Positions 46,861-56,558 of a stretch of 64,000 nucleotides of DNA are shown here, piece after piece. The notes under the pieces were generated by a model, which was not told the origin of the DNA, ran no database searches, and was given only the letters and a program-made list of their open reading frames with translations. Source of the DNA: an uncultured Actinomycetes bacterium (GTDB lineage Bacteria > Actinomycetota > UBA4738 > HRBIN12). Location of the stretch: the NCBI GenBank assembly GCA_963821925.1, contig CAWGFO010000012.1, positions 4,123 to 68,122 of the forward strand. The letters are read 5' to 3'. The translations under genes and the position numbers were made by a program. Position 1 is the first letter of the stretch. Each line of letters begins with the position of its first letter.

Positions 46861-47724
46861 ATGTCCACGCATCGACGATCCGTGTCCACCATGGCGCTGC
46901 TGCTCGTGGCAGCGGTCTCGATCGGCTTCGCGGCCGGCGCCGCGTCGGGATCGGGCGATCCGAACGCCGGCGCCCCGCGCGGCGAGCGCATCTCGATGCC
47001 GGGCTTCGGGCGGGTCGTGTACCTGAGCCACGTGAACAGCCCGTCGCGGACACCCGTCTTCCCCGGTGACCCTGCCTTCGCGCTGCGAACCGTGTTCACC
47101 GTCCCGCAGGACGGCTTCTACCTCCAGGAGGTCCGCGAGGGCGAGCACACCGGCACCCACTACTCCGCGCCGTGCCACTTCCACACCGACGGGCGCTGCG
47201 CCGACCACCTGGCGGCGGGCGACTTCGTGCTGCCGGCGGTCGTGATCGACGTCCGGTCCGAGGTCGCCGCCGACGTCGACTACCAGGTGGGCGTCCAGGA
47301 CCTGAAGGACTGGGAGACCGCTCACGGTCCGATCCCGGCCGGCGCCGCCGTGCTGCTGTGGACCGGGTGCGACGCGTTCTGGGGACCGGCGATCGCGCCC
47401 GACGAAGCGACGTACTACAACTGCGGCTCCGCCGACGGGAAGTTCCGTCAGCCCGGGTTCTCGAAGTGGGCCGTGAAGTGGCTGATCTCGACCGGCGCGC
47501 TCGCGAAGCGCGGCGCGCTCGGCACCGACACGTTCGGCCCCGATCCGGGGAGCGATCCGATGTTCCTCGAGACGTGGCTCACGCTCCGGCGCCACCGCCT
47601 GACGCTCGAGAACCTCACGAACCTCGACGCCATGCCGACCACCGGCGGCTGGATCGTCGTGGGCGGCCCGCGGAACCGCAACGGGAGCGGGGCGCCGAGC
47701 ACGATCTTCGGCCTCGTACCGTAG
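46861..47724 (+). CDS. Cyclase family (kynurenine formamidase-like) protein with signal peptide
   Basis: EHTGTHYSAPCHF, LLWTG, PGFS, GTDTFGPD, ENLTNL, GSGAP. Confidence 0.85.
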   Translation: MSTHRRSVSTMALLLVAAVSIGFAAGAASGSGDPNAGAPRGERISMPGFGRVVYLSHVNSPSRTPVFPGDPAFALRTVFTVPQDGFYLQEVREGEHTGTHYSAPCHFHTDGRCADHLAAGDFVLPAVVIDVRSEVAADVDYQVGVQDLKDWETAHGPIPAGAAVLLWTGCDAFWGPAIAPDEATYYNCGSADGKFRQPGFSKWAVKWLISTGALAKRGALGTDTFGPDPGSDPMFLETWLTLRRHRLTLENLTNLDAMPTTGGWIVVGGPRNRNGSGAPSTIFGLVP

Positions 47725-47729
47725 GACCC

Positions 47730-50700
47730 ATGGCGACGTGCCCGTCGTGTCACGAGACGAACGACGATGACGCTCGATTCTGCGCGTCGTGCGGCACGTC
47801 GCTGGCGGCGGTCTGCGAGACGTGCGGGACGGGACTCCCCGACGACGCCCGGTTCTGCCCCGCGTGCGGCACGCCGGTCGCGGCGCCCGAGCAGGAGCCG
47901 CGCGGCCAGGAGCGCCGCGTCGTCACGCTGCTGTTCGCGGACCTCAGCGGCTCGACGGCGCTCGGCGAACGGCTCGACCCCGAGCGACTCCACGAGGTGC
48001 TCGACCGCTACTTCGCGGCGATGCGGATCGAGATCGAGGCCGAAGGCGGCACGGTGGAGAAGTTCATCGGCGACGCGGTCGTGGCCGGCTTCGGCACGCC
48101 GGTCGCCCACGAGGACGACGCCGCGCGCGCCCTCCGTGCCGCGCTCCGGATGCAGGTGCGCCTTCCCTCGCTGAACGAGGAGCTCGAGGCCGCCTTCGGC
48201 GTGACGCTGGAGGTCCGGATCGGCGTGAACACGGGCGAGGTGCTCGCGACGGTCGACCCGAAGCCCGGGGAACCGATGTTCACGGGCGACGCCGTCAACA
48301 CCGCGGCGCGGTTCGAGCAGCACGCCGGGCCGGGGCAGGTGCTGGCCTCGGAGCGGACGATCCGGGCGGCTCGCGGGTTCGTCGTGACCGACGCCGGAGC
48401 GATCGAGATGAAGGGGAAGGCCGCCCCTGTCCGGACGTACGTCGTCCTCCATGAGGACGAGGAGGCGGCGGTGCGTGGGGTCCCGGGCCTGTCGGCACCG
48501 ATGGTGGGCCGCGAGGCCGAGTTGGCGCTCCTCGGTTCGACCCTCGCGCGCTCGGCGACCGAGCGCCGGCCGCACCTCGTGACGATCTACGGGGAACCCG
48601 GCGTGGGCAAGAGCCGGCTCGTGCAGGAGTTCCTCGCCGCGGCCGCCGACGCGGACGACCGGTGCACGGTGGTGCGCGGACGGTGTCTCCCCTACGGCGA
48701 CGGGGTGACCTACTGGCCGCTCGCCGAGATCTTGAAGGACGTCGCCGGGGTCAAGGACACCGACCCCACGGGCGTCGCGCTCGACAGGGTGCGGAGCGCC
48801 GGCACCGGGCTCCTCGGCGACGGCGCCGAGGCCGCGCGCGCGACGGCCGCGCTCGCGTTCACGATGGGCCTCGACGACCCGGAGCAGCGATTCGACGAGC
48901 TCGACCCGAAGCAGGTGCGCGAGGAGATCGGCGCCGCGTGGCGGGGCTTCTTCGCCGCGCTCGCCCGCGACGCGCCCGTGCTCGCCCTGATCGAAGACAT
49001 CCACTGGGCGGACCCCGCGCTGCTGGACCTCGTCGAGCAGCTCGCCGAGTGGATCGACGCCCCCGTCCTGTTCCTGTGCCCGGCCCGGCCCGAGCTGCTC
49101 GGCGGCCGGCCGACATGGGGCGGCGGCAAGCGCAACTACAGCGCGATCGCGCTCGATCCCCTGACCGCGGACGAGTCCGAGGACCTGATCCGAGCGCTGC
49201 TCGACATCGACGACCTGCCGCCCGCCGTGCACCTGCGGATCCTGGAACGGGCGGGCGGGAACCCCTTCTTCCTCGAAGAGATCGTCCGCCGCCTCGTGGA
49301 CGGCGGACACGTCGTGCACGACGGCGATCGGTGGCGCGCCACGGGCGAGGTCGGGACGGTCGAGATCCCCGACACGGTGCAGGCGGTGCTGGCCGCGCGC
49401 ATCGATCTGCTCGAACCGGCCTCTCGCAGCGCGTTGCAGGCCGCCGCGGTCGTGGGACGGACCTTCTGGCCCGGCGCGGTCGCGCGCCTGGTGAACGGCG
49501 ACGGCCCTGGGCTCGATGCGGCGATCGCGCCACTCGTGGCGCGCGATCTCGTCCGGCGTCGGCCCGGCTCTGCCCTGGCCGGCGAGACGGAGTACAGCTT
49601 CAAGCACGTGCTCACGCGCGACGTCGCGTACGAGACCCTCCCCCGTGCCGATCGTGCCATCGCGCACGCCGCCGTGGCCGTCTGGCTGGACGACACCGTG
49701 GGGGAACGGCGCGGCGAGTTCGTGGAACTGCTGGCCCACCACACCGTCGAGGCCTACCGCGCGGGCCGCGAGACGGCCGCCACCACGGTGGATCTCCCGT
49801 CGCTCCGCGAGCAGGCGTTCGAGCTGAGTCTGCAGGCCGCGCGCGCCGCGCGCGCACGCAATGCCCTGCACCGCGTCGAGCGGTTCGCACACCAGGCGCT
49901 CGATCTCGCCGACGGCCCCGCCGAGCGATCCCTGGCGGCCGAGTCGCTCGCGATCGGCTACTTCGACGCGTACCGAGGGTCCGACGCGTGGGACGCGTAC
50001 CTCGTGGCGATCGACGAGGCGCTCGCCGTGCCGAAGCCGGACGGTCGGCGGATCGCGGATCTCTGTGGGAGGGCGGCGGCGGTCGCCACGCGATGGCAGG
50101 GCTCGATGCGGGAAGGCGCCACAGAAGCCGAGGTCACAGGCATCGTCGGCATCGGGATGGCGCACCTCCCCGACGGCGACTCGCGCGAACGCGTCGAACT
50201 CCTCGCGATCCGCTCCTCGTGGCCGTTCGCCTTCCCCTCGATGGAGATGGACGACGACGAGGTGCTCGCCTGCGAGGCGGACGGGCTCGAGGCGGCCGAG
50301 ACGGCGCTCCGGCTCGGGCTGCCCGATCTCGCCTCTGCGGCGCTCGATGCGGCCGCAGGACCGGCGATGGCGCTCGGCGATTACGCGCGCACGCTCGAGA
50401 TCGAGCGGCGCCGCGTCGAGCTGTCGGACCGGCTCCGCGATCCGCTCGAGATCGGCGACACGTTCGCGATGATGTGCTGGGTCCTCGGGTCGCTCGGGCG
50501 CTACGAGGAAGCCGAGGGATCCGCGGAACGTGGCCTGGCCCTGGACCGACGGCCGACCACGGCGGTCCACCTGTGCGCCTGGCTCGTCGACACGCGGTTC
50601 CGGCTCGGCGCCTGGGATACGGCCCTCTCCGCCTTCGACGATCTCATGGAGCTGCTCGACGACCAGCGGGACGATCCGCCGAACTTCGCGGTGCACGCGT

Positions 50701-51302
50701 ACGTCGCCATCGCGACGATCCAGCAACTCCGGGGAGCGCGCGCGGAGGCCGAACGTCTCGCCTCGATCGCCTCGCGGCTCGGCCTCCTCGCATCCGGCGG
50801 TGGCAACGCGCTCCGGCCGTGGGCCAGCGAGATGGCGTTGCTGGCGGCCAGCGGCGAGCTCGAGGTCGTGCGAGCACGACTCGACGAACGGGAGCCCGGC
50901 TGGATGACGCACGGGGTCGCGTTCTTCGAGGGTGCCGCCGCGTGGGCCGCGGAGGCGCGGGCGTGGGACCGAACGCCCGACCTCGTGGAGGAGATGCGAT
51001 CGTTCGCGACCCGCACCGGATGCCGGCCGATCGCCTGGGAAGCGGATCTGCTGGAGGGTCGGTGGCGGGCGGCGATCGGCGAGACGGAGGTGGCGGCGGC
51101 CGCCTTCGCCCGGGCGCGCGGCGGGTACGAGGAGGGTAAGGCGGTACGCATGGTGGCCGTCTGCGACCTGGAGGTGGCGACGGCAAGAGGCGTCGACCGA
51201 CTCGATCCGGAGGAGCGCTCCCGCTTCGACGCGGCGGTCGCGACGTTCGAGCGGCTCCGCTCGGTCGCCGATCTCGATCACGTCAGAGCCCTGATGAGCT
51301 GA
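47730..51302 (+). CDS. Double zinc ribbon - class III cyclase - STAND/AAA ATPase - TPR protein
   Basis: Four CxxC pairs, FADLSGST, EKFIGD, GDAVNTAAR, Walker A GEPGVGKS, EDIHWAD, GGNPFFLEE. Confidence 0.92.
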   Translation: MATCPSCHETNDDDARFCASCGTSLAAVCETCGTGLPDDARFCPACGTPVAAPEQEPRGQERRVVTLLFADLSGSTALGERLDPERLHEVLDRYFAAMRIEIEAEGGTVEKFIGDAVVAGFGTPVAHEDDAARALRAALRMQVRLPSLNEELEAAFGVTLEVRIGVNTGEVLATVDPKPGEPMFTGDAVNTAARFEQHAGPGQVLASERTIRAARGFVVTDAGAIEMKGKAAPVRTYVVLHEDEEAAVRGVPGLSAPMVGREAELALLGSTLARSATERRPHLVTIYGEPGVGKSRLVQEFLAAAADADDRCTVVRGRCLPYGDGVTYWPLAEILKDVAGVKDTDPTGVALDRVRSAGTGLLGDGAEAARATAALAFTMGLDDPEQRFDELDPKQVREEIGAAWRGFFAALARDAPVLALIEDIHWADPALLDLVEQLAEWIDAPVLFLCPARPELLGGRPTWGGGKRNYSAIALDPLTADESEDLIRALLDIDDLPPAVHLRILERAGGNPFFLEEIVRRLVDGGHVVHDGDRWRATGEVGTVEIPDTVQAVLAARIDLLEPASRSALQAAAVVGRTFWPGAVARLVNGDGPGLDAAIAPLVARDLVRRRPGSALAGETEYSFKHVLTRDVAYETLPRADRAIAHAAVAVWLDDTVGERRGEFVELLAHHTVEAYRAGRETAATTVDLPSLREQAFELSLQAARAARARNALHRVERFAHQALDLADGPAERSLAAESLAIGYFDAYRGSDAWDAYLVAIDEALAVPKPDGRRIADLCGRAAAVATRWQGSMREGATEAEVTGIVGIGMAHLPDGDSRERVELLAIRSSWPFAFPSMEMDDDEVLACEADGLEAAETALRLGLPDLASAALDAAAGPAMALGDYARTLEIERRRVELSDRLRDPLEIGDTFAMMCWVLGSLGRYEEAEGSAERGLALDRRPTTAVHLCAWLVDTRFRLGAWDTALSAFDDLMELLDDQRDDPPNFAVHAYVAIATIQQLRGARAEAERLASIASRLGLLASGGGNALRPWASEMALLAASGELEVVRARLDEREPGWMTHGVAFFEGAAAWAAEARAWDRTPDLVEEMRSFATRTGCRPIAWEADLLEGRWRAAIGETEVAAAAFARARGGYEEGKAVRMVAVCDLEVATARGVDRLDPEERSRFDAAVATFERLRSVADLDHVRALMS

Positions 51303-51460
51303 ATCTCGGTTTCAGGCGGCGCTGTCAGGCCCTCGGCCGACGAGCCGTTCGACCCGCCTCGGGCGGCACGCCGCTGCCTACGCTGGCCTCAGATGGGGTC
51401 CGTCCGCCGGATCCCCTCTGCCGGGCCACAGCGACCCGGGATCGACGTGAGGAGGTCGTC

Positions 51461-52750
51461 ATGTCACGGACACGACCGGTCACGATCGCGATCTTGGCGG
51501 TGTTCGCGCTGATCGCCGCCGCGTGCTCGAGCTCGAGCGAACCGAGCGCCTCGGACACGGCGGCGAGTCACGAACCGGTCACGATCGCGGTCTGGGACTA
51601 CTACGGGAAGGCGACGCCCTTCCAGGACACAGTGATCAAGGGCTTCGAAGCGAAGTACCCCTGGATCACGGTGGACCACCAGGGGATCGGCTGGGACGCG
51701 GCGCAGCAGAAGTTCGCAGTGACCGTCTCTGCCGGCAACCCGCCCGACGTGGCCACGATGGACATGACGTGGCTGCCGACGTTCGCATCGAACGGTCTGT
51801 TCGCCGACCTGACCGAGCTCTCCGGCGGCCAGCTGAACGGCGCGCCGATCGAGGACTCGTACACGGAAGGCGCCCTCGAGGCGATGACCTACGACGGCTC
51901 GTACGTCACGATGATGTTCGACTTCGACGTGTACGCGCTCTACTACCGGGCGGACCTGTTCAAGGACAAGGGCATCGACGTGCCGACGACGTGGGAGGAG
52001 ATGCAGGCGGCCGCAGCGAAGCTCGTCGAGGGCGACAAGTACAAGTTCGAGATCGTGCCGAACGACTGCTTCCACTGGTGCCAGTTCCTCTTCCAGGGCG
52101 GCGGCTCGCTCCTGAACGCGGACAACACGCAGGCAGCGTTCGACAGTGAGGCCGGCGTCGCGGCGCTGGACTACCAGCGGAGCTTCCTCGACGATGGCAC
52201 CGGGGTGCTGTGGGGCACCGAAGAGGGCGACGCGATGGCCGGGATCAAGGACGGCCGGATCGGGATGTTCCAGGACGGCCCGTACTGGATGGGCTTGCTG
52301 AAGGACGGCGCCCCGGAGATGAAGGGCGACTGGGCGATCGCGACCGCGCCGTACTCGGCCCAGCCGGGCAGCTACCTGGGCGGCACGGGATTGTCGATCC
52401 CGGTGAATGCGGCGCACCCGGACGAGGCGTGGCTGTTCGTGCAGTACATGCTCGAGCTGCCGCAGCAGATCGGCGTGTACCAGTACGCGGGGGCGGCCCC
52501 GGCGACGACCGAGGCGCTGAACAGCCCCGAACTGAACACGCCGGACCCCTACTTCGGGGGCCAGGCGCCGTTCGCGATCTTCCTGGACGCGATGTCGACG
52601 GCCACGCACTTCCCGTACGTGTCGTCGTGGAGCGACATCGACACGGAGATCGGCACGATGGTCGAGTCGGTGATGCTGGGCAAGAGCGAGCCACAGCCGG
52701 CGTTGGACAGCACCGCGGCCACGGTCAACGACCTGTTGGCCTCGGGGTAG
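51461..52750 (+). CDS. Sugar ABC transporter substrate-binding lipoprotein
   Basis: Lipobox IAAAC; PDV, LYYRADLF, PTTWEE. Confidence 0.9.
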   Translation: MSRTRPVTIAILAVFALIAAACSSSSEPSASDTAASHEPVTIAVWDYYGKATPFQDTVIKGFEAKYPWITVDHQGIGWDAAQQKFAVTVSAGNPPDVATMDMTWLPTFASNGLFADLTELSGGQLNGAPIEDSYTEGALEAMTYDGSYVTMMFDFDVYALYYRADLFKDKGIDVPTTWEEMQAAAAKLVEGDKYKFEIVPNDCFHWCQFLFQGGGSLLNADNTQAAFDSEAGVAALDYQRSFLDDGTGVLWGTEEGDAMAGIKDGRIGMFQDGPYWMGLLKDGAPEMKGDWAIATAPYSAQPGSYLGGTGLSIPVNAAHPDEAWLFVQYMLELPQQIGVYQYAGAAPATTEALNSPELNTPDPYFGGQAPFAIFLDAMSTATHFPYVSSWSDIDTEIGTMVESVMLGKSEPQPALDSTAATVNDLLASG

Positions 52751-52757
52751 CGCGGGC

Positions 52758-53651
52758 ATGAGCGACGCGATCGCGTTGCCGAAGCGGCGCGCGCGCGGGC
52801 GGTTCCGCAAGGTGCTGCCCGCGTACGTGCTGATCGCCCCCGCGATCGTGTCCTCGGTCGTCTTCCTCTACATCCCGATCGTGTTCTCCGGGTATTGGAG
52901 CTTCACGAAGTACAACGGGCTCGCGTCGCCGCAATGGGTCGGGCTCCAGAACTACACCGACCTCTTGTCCGATCCGCACTTCCAGAAGGCGCTCCTGAAC
53001 ACCGTGATCTTCGTGCTGATCGGCATGGGGATAGGCCCGGTGCTCGGCCTGATGTCCGCGCTGCTGCTGAACCAGGCGGTGCGCGGCCGAGGGTTCTTCC
53101 GGACCGCGTACTTCCTGCCCGTGATGACCTCGCTCGTGGTCGTGGCCACGATCTGGAAGGTCCTGCTGAACCAACACGGGATCGTGAACCAGCTCCTCGG
53201 GTTCTTCAGCATCCCGGCACACAACTGGCTCGGTGACCCGTCGACGGCCCTGGTCTCGGTCACCATCACCAGCATCTGGCAGGGTTTCGGGTTCGAGACC
53301 GTGGTCTTCCTGGCCGCCCTCCAGTCGGTCTCGCGCGACCTGTACGACGCGGCGCTGGTGGACGGCGCCGACGCCTGGCAGCGGTTCCGGTACGTGACGT
53401 TACCCGCGCTCCGTCCGACGATCGCCTTCGTCTACATCATCGGGATCATCGGAAGTTTCCAGGTCTACGACCAGATCTTCGTGATGACGAGCGGCGGCCC
53501 CCTGAACTCGACGCGCACGATCGTGTTCGATCTCGTCGACCGCTTCGATTCCTTGAAGTACGGAGAGGCATCGGCGGTGGCCTACATCCTCCTCGTGATC
53601 CTGGCCACGCTGTCCTACGTGCAGATGCGCCTGTTCGAGGAGCGGTCATGA
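52758..53651 (+). CDS. Sugar ABC transporter permease
   Basis: VGLQNY, FRTAYFLP, EAA-like YDAALVDGA..WQRF. Confidence 0.92.
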   Translation: MSDAIALPKRRARGRFRKVLPAYVLIAPAIVSSVVFLYIPIVFSGYWSFTKYNGLASPQWVGLQNYTDLLSDPHFQKALLNTVIFVLIGMGIGPVLGLMSALLLNQAVRGRGFFRTAYFLPVMTSLVVVATIWKVLLNQHGIVNQLLGFFSIPAHNWLGDPSTALVSVTITSIWQGFGFETVVFLAALQSVSRDLYDAALVDGADAWQRFRYVTLPALRPTIAFVYIIGIIGSFQVYDQIFVMTSGGPLNSTRTIVFDLVDRFDSLKYGEASAVAYILLVILATLSYVQMRLFEERS

Positions 53652-54535
53652 CCGCCACAGGCGCCACGGTCGCGAAGGGACAGCAGACCGGTCGGCGGCT
53701 GCGCCCGGGCGTCCGGGTGGCGATCTACGTGTCGCTGATCGTCACCTCGATCGTGATGATCGGGCCGTTCTACTGGACGTTCGCGACCTCGTTCAAGCAG
53801 GCGGGCGACGTGTTCGCGTCGCCCCCGAAGCTGATCCCGAACCCGTGGACGATGCAGAACTACCGAGACGTGTTCACGCTGCTTCCGTTCCAGCGGTACT
53901 TCATCAACAGCGTGATCGTGACCACTGCGATCGTCGGACTGAACGTGGTGTTCGACACGGCAGCCGCCTACGCGTTCGCGAAGCTGCGGTTCCCGGGGCG
54001 CAACGTGCTCTTCTTCCTGCTGCTATTGACGCTGATGGTCCCGTTCCAGGTGAACCTGATCCCGCTCTACCGGATCATGGTGCTGCTCCATCAGGTGAGC
54101 CCGGCGCTCGGCGTGGACACGTACTCGGGCATCGTGCTCCCGGGGATGATCCAGGTCTTCGGCATCTTCCTGATGCGGCAGTTCCTCGCCTCGATCCCGG
54201 ACGAGGTCTTGGAATCGGCCCGCGTGGACGGCGCGTCGGAGTTCCGGATCCTGCGCTCGGTGATCTTCCCGATCGCGAAGCCGGGCATGGCCACCCTCGC
54301 GATCTTCACCTTCCTCGGGGCGTGGAACGACTTCCTGTGGCCGAACATCGTGATCAACTCCGACTCGATGCGAACGATGCCGGTCGGGTTGGCGCTGCTC
54401 GCCTTCCGCAACACGATCAGCGTGGGGCCCACGATGGCGGGCACCGTCCTGGTGGCCGCGCCGATGATCGTGATCTTCCTGTTGATGCAGCGACGGTTCA
54501 TCGAGGGCCTGACGGCCGGCTCGGTGAAGGGCTGA
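53648..54535 (+). CDS. Sugar ABC transporter permease
   Basis: AAYAFAKLRFPG, ESARVDGAS, WNDFLWP. Confidence 0.92.
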   Translation: MTATGATVAKGQQTGRRLRPGVRVAIYVSLIVTSIVMIGPFYWTFATSFKQAGDVFASPPKLIPNPWTMQNYRDVFTLLPFQRYFINSVIVTTAIVGLNVVFDTAAAYAFAKLRFPGRNVLFFLLLLTLMVPFQVNLIPLYRIMVLLHQVSPALGVDTYSGIVLPGMIQVFGIFLMRQFLASIPDEVLESARVDGASEFRILRSVIFPIAKPGMATLAIFTFLGAWNDFLWPNIVINSDSMRTMPVGLALLAFRNTISVGPTMAGTVLVAAPMIVIFLLMQRRFIEGLTAGSVKG

Positions 54536-56558
54536 CCCCCGGGCCCGCCTCGGTCCCCGGCTCTTCGCCCGCTCGCCGCTCGAGCAGCGCGTAGCCGAAC
54601 GGCTCGACCTCCACGCGCGCCTGCTCGCCGTCGGGGAGCGTCGCCGCGACGGACACCGGGACGGACCCATGGTTCGTCAGGACGGTGACCGTGCCGCCGG
54701 GTCCGCGGAGCTCCCCGGCCGTGACGTCGGGGTGCCCGGTCACCTGCCGGAGGCCGGCGAGCTTCGCGAGTCCGTCGTAGAGCCCCCAGGTGCGGTCGGC
54801 GGGCCGGTGCGCATCGGGAACCGTGGCCAGCAGCAGCTCGATCGGGTAGGCGCACGTCACGACCGCGCCGGCGCCTCGGCGTGCCACGACGAGCGCGGGC
54901 TCGCCGTCGGCGTCGACCGCGATCGTCTCAGCGTCGGTCTGGCGGAGCCGGACGCCACGGGTGTGCAGCTCGCCGTCCCACGCGGGCAGCCGTAACGCAT
55001 CCCCCACGGGGAAGGGGCCCCAGGGCGTGACGAATCGCAGGATCGGCGGATCGGTGGCCGGCGCCCGGTCGGCGATCCGGCAACCCGCGAGCGCATCCAT
55101 CTCGGGGATCGCCGTCTCTGCCGAGCACGAGAGATAGAGCACGCCGCCGTGGTCGAGATGCGCTCGCGCGCCTTCCCACCAGCTCGTGCGGACGTGCAGG
55201 AGGGAGGAGGTCGTGGAGGTGAGCGGCGCGGGCAGCAGCACGAGCTCGGTCTCGGGCCACACACCGTCCACGCGCTCACGTGGGAACGAGACGGCGACGT
55301 CGGCCCGCGCGGCCATGACGAACGCGTTCAGCCAACCGCGCACCAGGGGGCGCACGTCGCGGCGAGGGTTCCAGGCGGTCTCGGCGGGGACGTACGGACC
55401 GGCCGGCGCGTCGTCGAGACCGTACGCGGCGCGGTCGTAGGGATGGGCGTACTCGTGCGGCACGACGATCGCGGCGGGCGGCGGGATCGGACCCTCGGAT
55501 GCGAGGGCGTCGAGGTCGAGCGCGCCGATCCGGGCGGCCACCTCGGCCAGCACCTGGCCGCGCGGGCGCAACGTGCCCTCGTGGTCGGTCACCCCGAACT
55601 GGGTCTCGTGCGGCTGCCGGACGTACGGGGCACGCCGGTACGCCGCCGGCTCCGCGTCGGTCCAGCACCACGCGTAGTAGCCGATCGCGCCGCGCCCGAA
55701 GCTCGACCAGGTGAGCAGCCGGTCGTACATCGCGATACGCCCGGGGTCGAACTGGGTCGACGAGGCGCCGTACTCGTGCACCATCACCGGGCGTCCGGCG
55801 CCCGCCGCCAAGGCCGTCTCGAACGCGGCGGCGTGGGTCATCCGCGGGGACAAGAGCGCGTCCGGGTACAGCTCCTCCTGGTAGATCGGGTACGGGTGCA
55901 CGCAGGCGACGTCGAGGAGGTCCGCCACGACGTCGGCGCGGAACGGACCGTGGCCGATCTCCTGGCCGCTCGTGCCGATCGTCACGAGGTGGTCGGGATC
56001 GACCTCACGGAGCGCCTGGGTCAGGGCGTCGGTCCACGCCCGGGCCTCGTCGTCGGTCGTGTCCTGGAAGATCCAGAGCGGCGGCTCGTCGGTGAGGTCC
56101 CACGCGACGACCGCGGGATCGCCCCGCCAACGCCGGGCGAGCGCCGCCACGTGCTCGGCCTGGCGCTGCACGAGCTCGGGATCACGGTGAGGGTGCGCGC
56201 CCTCGCGCCACGGGACATCCCAGAAGGCGTCCCCGACCTCACCCCCGATCAGGAACGTGGGGTGGAGCAGCAGCCCGTGGCGACGTGCGGCGTCGAGCAC
56301 CTCGTCGAGCACCTTCAGGTGGGTCTCGTCGAACCGGCCGGGTTCGGGCTCGAGCGCCGCCCACAGCAGGTCGATCCGGACGGTGTCGAGCCCCGCCCCG
56401 GCCATCGCCGCGAACGCCCGATCGAACTCGGCGGCCCCCACCCGCCACGGCCAGTCGGGGCCCTGGATCGGCACGTAGTGCGCGCCGATGGGGAGGATCG
56501 AACGTCCGCCTCGGCGCAGGTAATGCCGTCCACGCGAGACCAGCTCGCCGTCGGTCAC
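54498..56558 (-). CDS. Clan GH-A glycoside hydrolase (GH5/GH42-like) with C-terminal GATase-like domain
   Basis: GLDTVRI..LW..LEP.PG, WDLTDEP (acid/base), VHEYG (nucleophile), WCWTD; GTGA coupling to the upstream gene. Confidence 0.85.
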   Translation of the reverse strand: MTDGELVSRGRHYLRRGGRSILPIGAHYVPIQGPDWPWRVGAAEFDRAFAAMAGAGLDTVRIDLLWAALEPEPGRFDETHLKVLDEVLDAARRHGLLLHPTFLIGGEVGDAFWDVPWREGAHPHRDPELVQRQAEHVAALARRWRGDPAVVAWDLTDEPPLWIFQDTTDDEARAWTDALTQALREVDPDHLVTIGTSGQEIGHGPFRADVVADLLDVACVHPYPIYQEELYPDALLSPRMTHAAAFETALAAGAGRPVMVHEYGASSTQFDPGRIAMYDRLLTWSSFGRGAIGYYAWCWTDAEPAAYRRAPYVRQPHETQFGVTDHEGTLRPRGQVLAEVAARIGALDLDALASEGPIPPPAAIVVPHEYAHPYDRAAYGLDDAPAGPYVPAETAWNPRRDVRPLVRGWLNAFVMAARADVAVSFPRERVDGVWPETELVLLPAPLTSTTSSLLHVRTSWWEGARAHLDHGGVLYLSCSAETAIPEMDALAGCRIADRAPATDPPILRFVTPWGPFPVGDALRLPAWDGELHTRGVRLRQTDAETIAVDADGEPALVVARRGAGAVVTCAYPIELLLATVPDAHRPADRTWGLYDGLAKLAGLRQVTGHPDVTAGELRGPGGTVTVLTNHGSVPVSVAATLPDGEQARVEVEPFGYALLERRAGEEPGTEAGPGVSPSPSRPSGPR

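Noticed and set aside
47730-51302. Anti-phage STAND (Avs) or Pycsar/CBASS defence system
   Set aside because: The zinc ribbon-cyclase-AAA-TPR architecture is a common actinobacterial signalling protein; no effector gene, defence island or mobility context nearby
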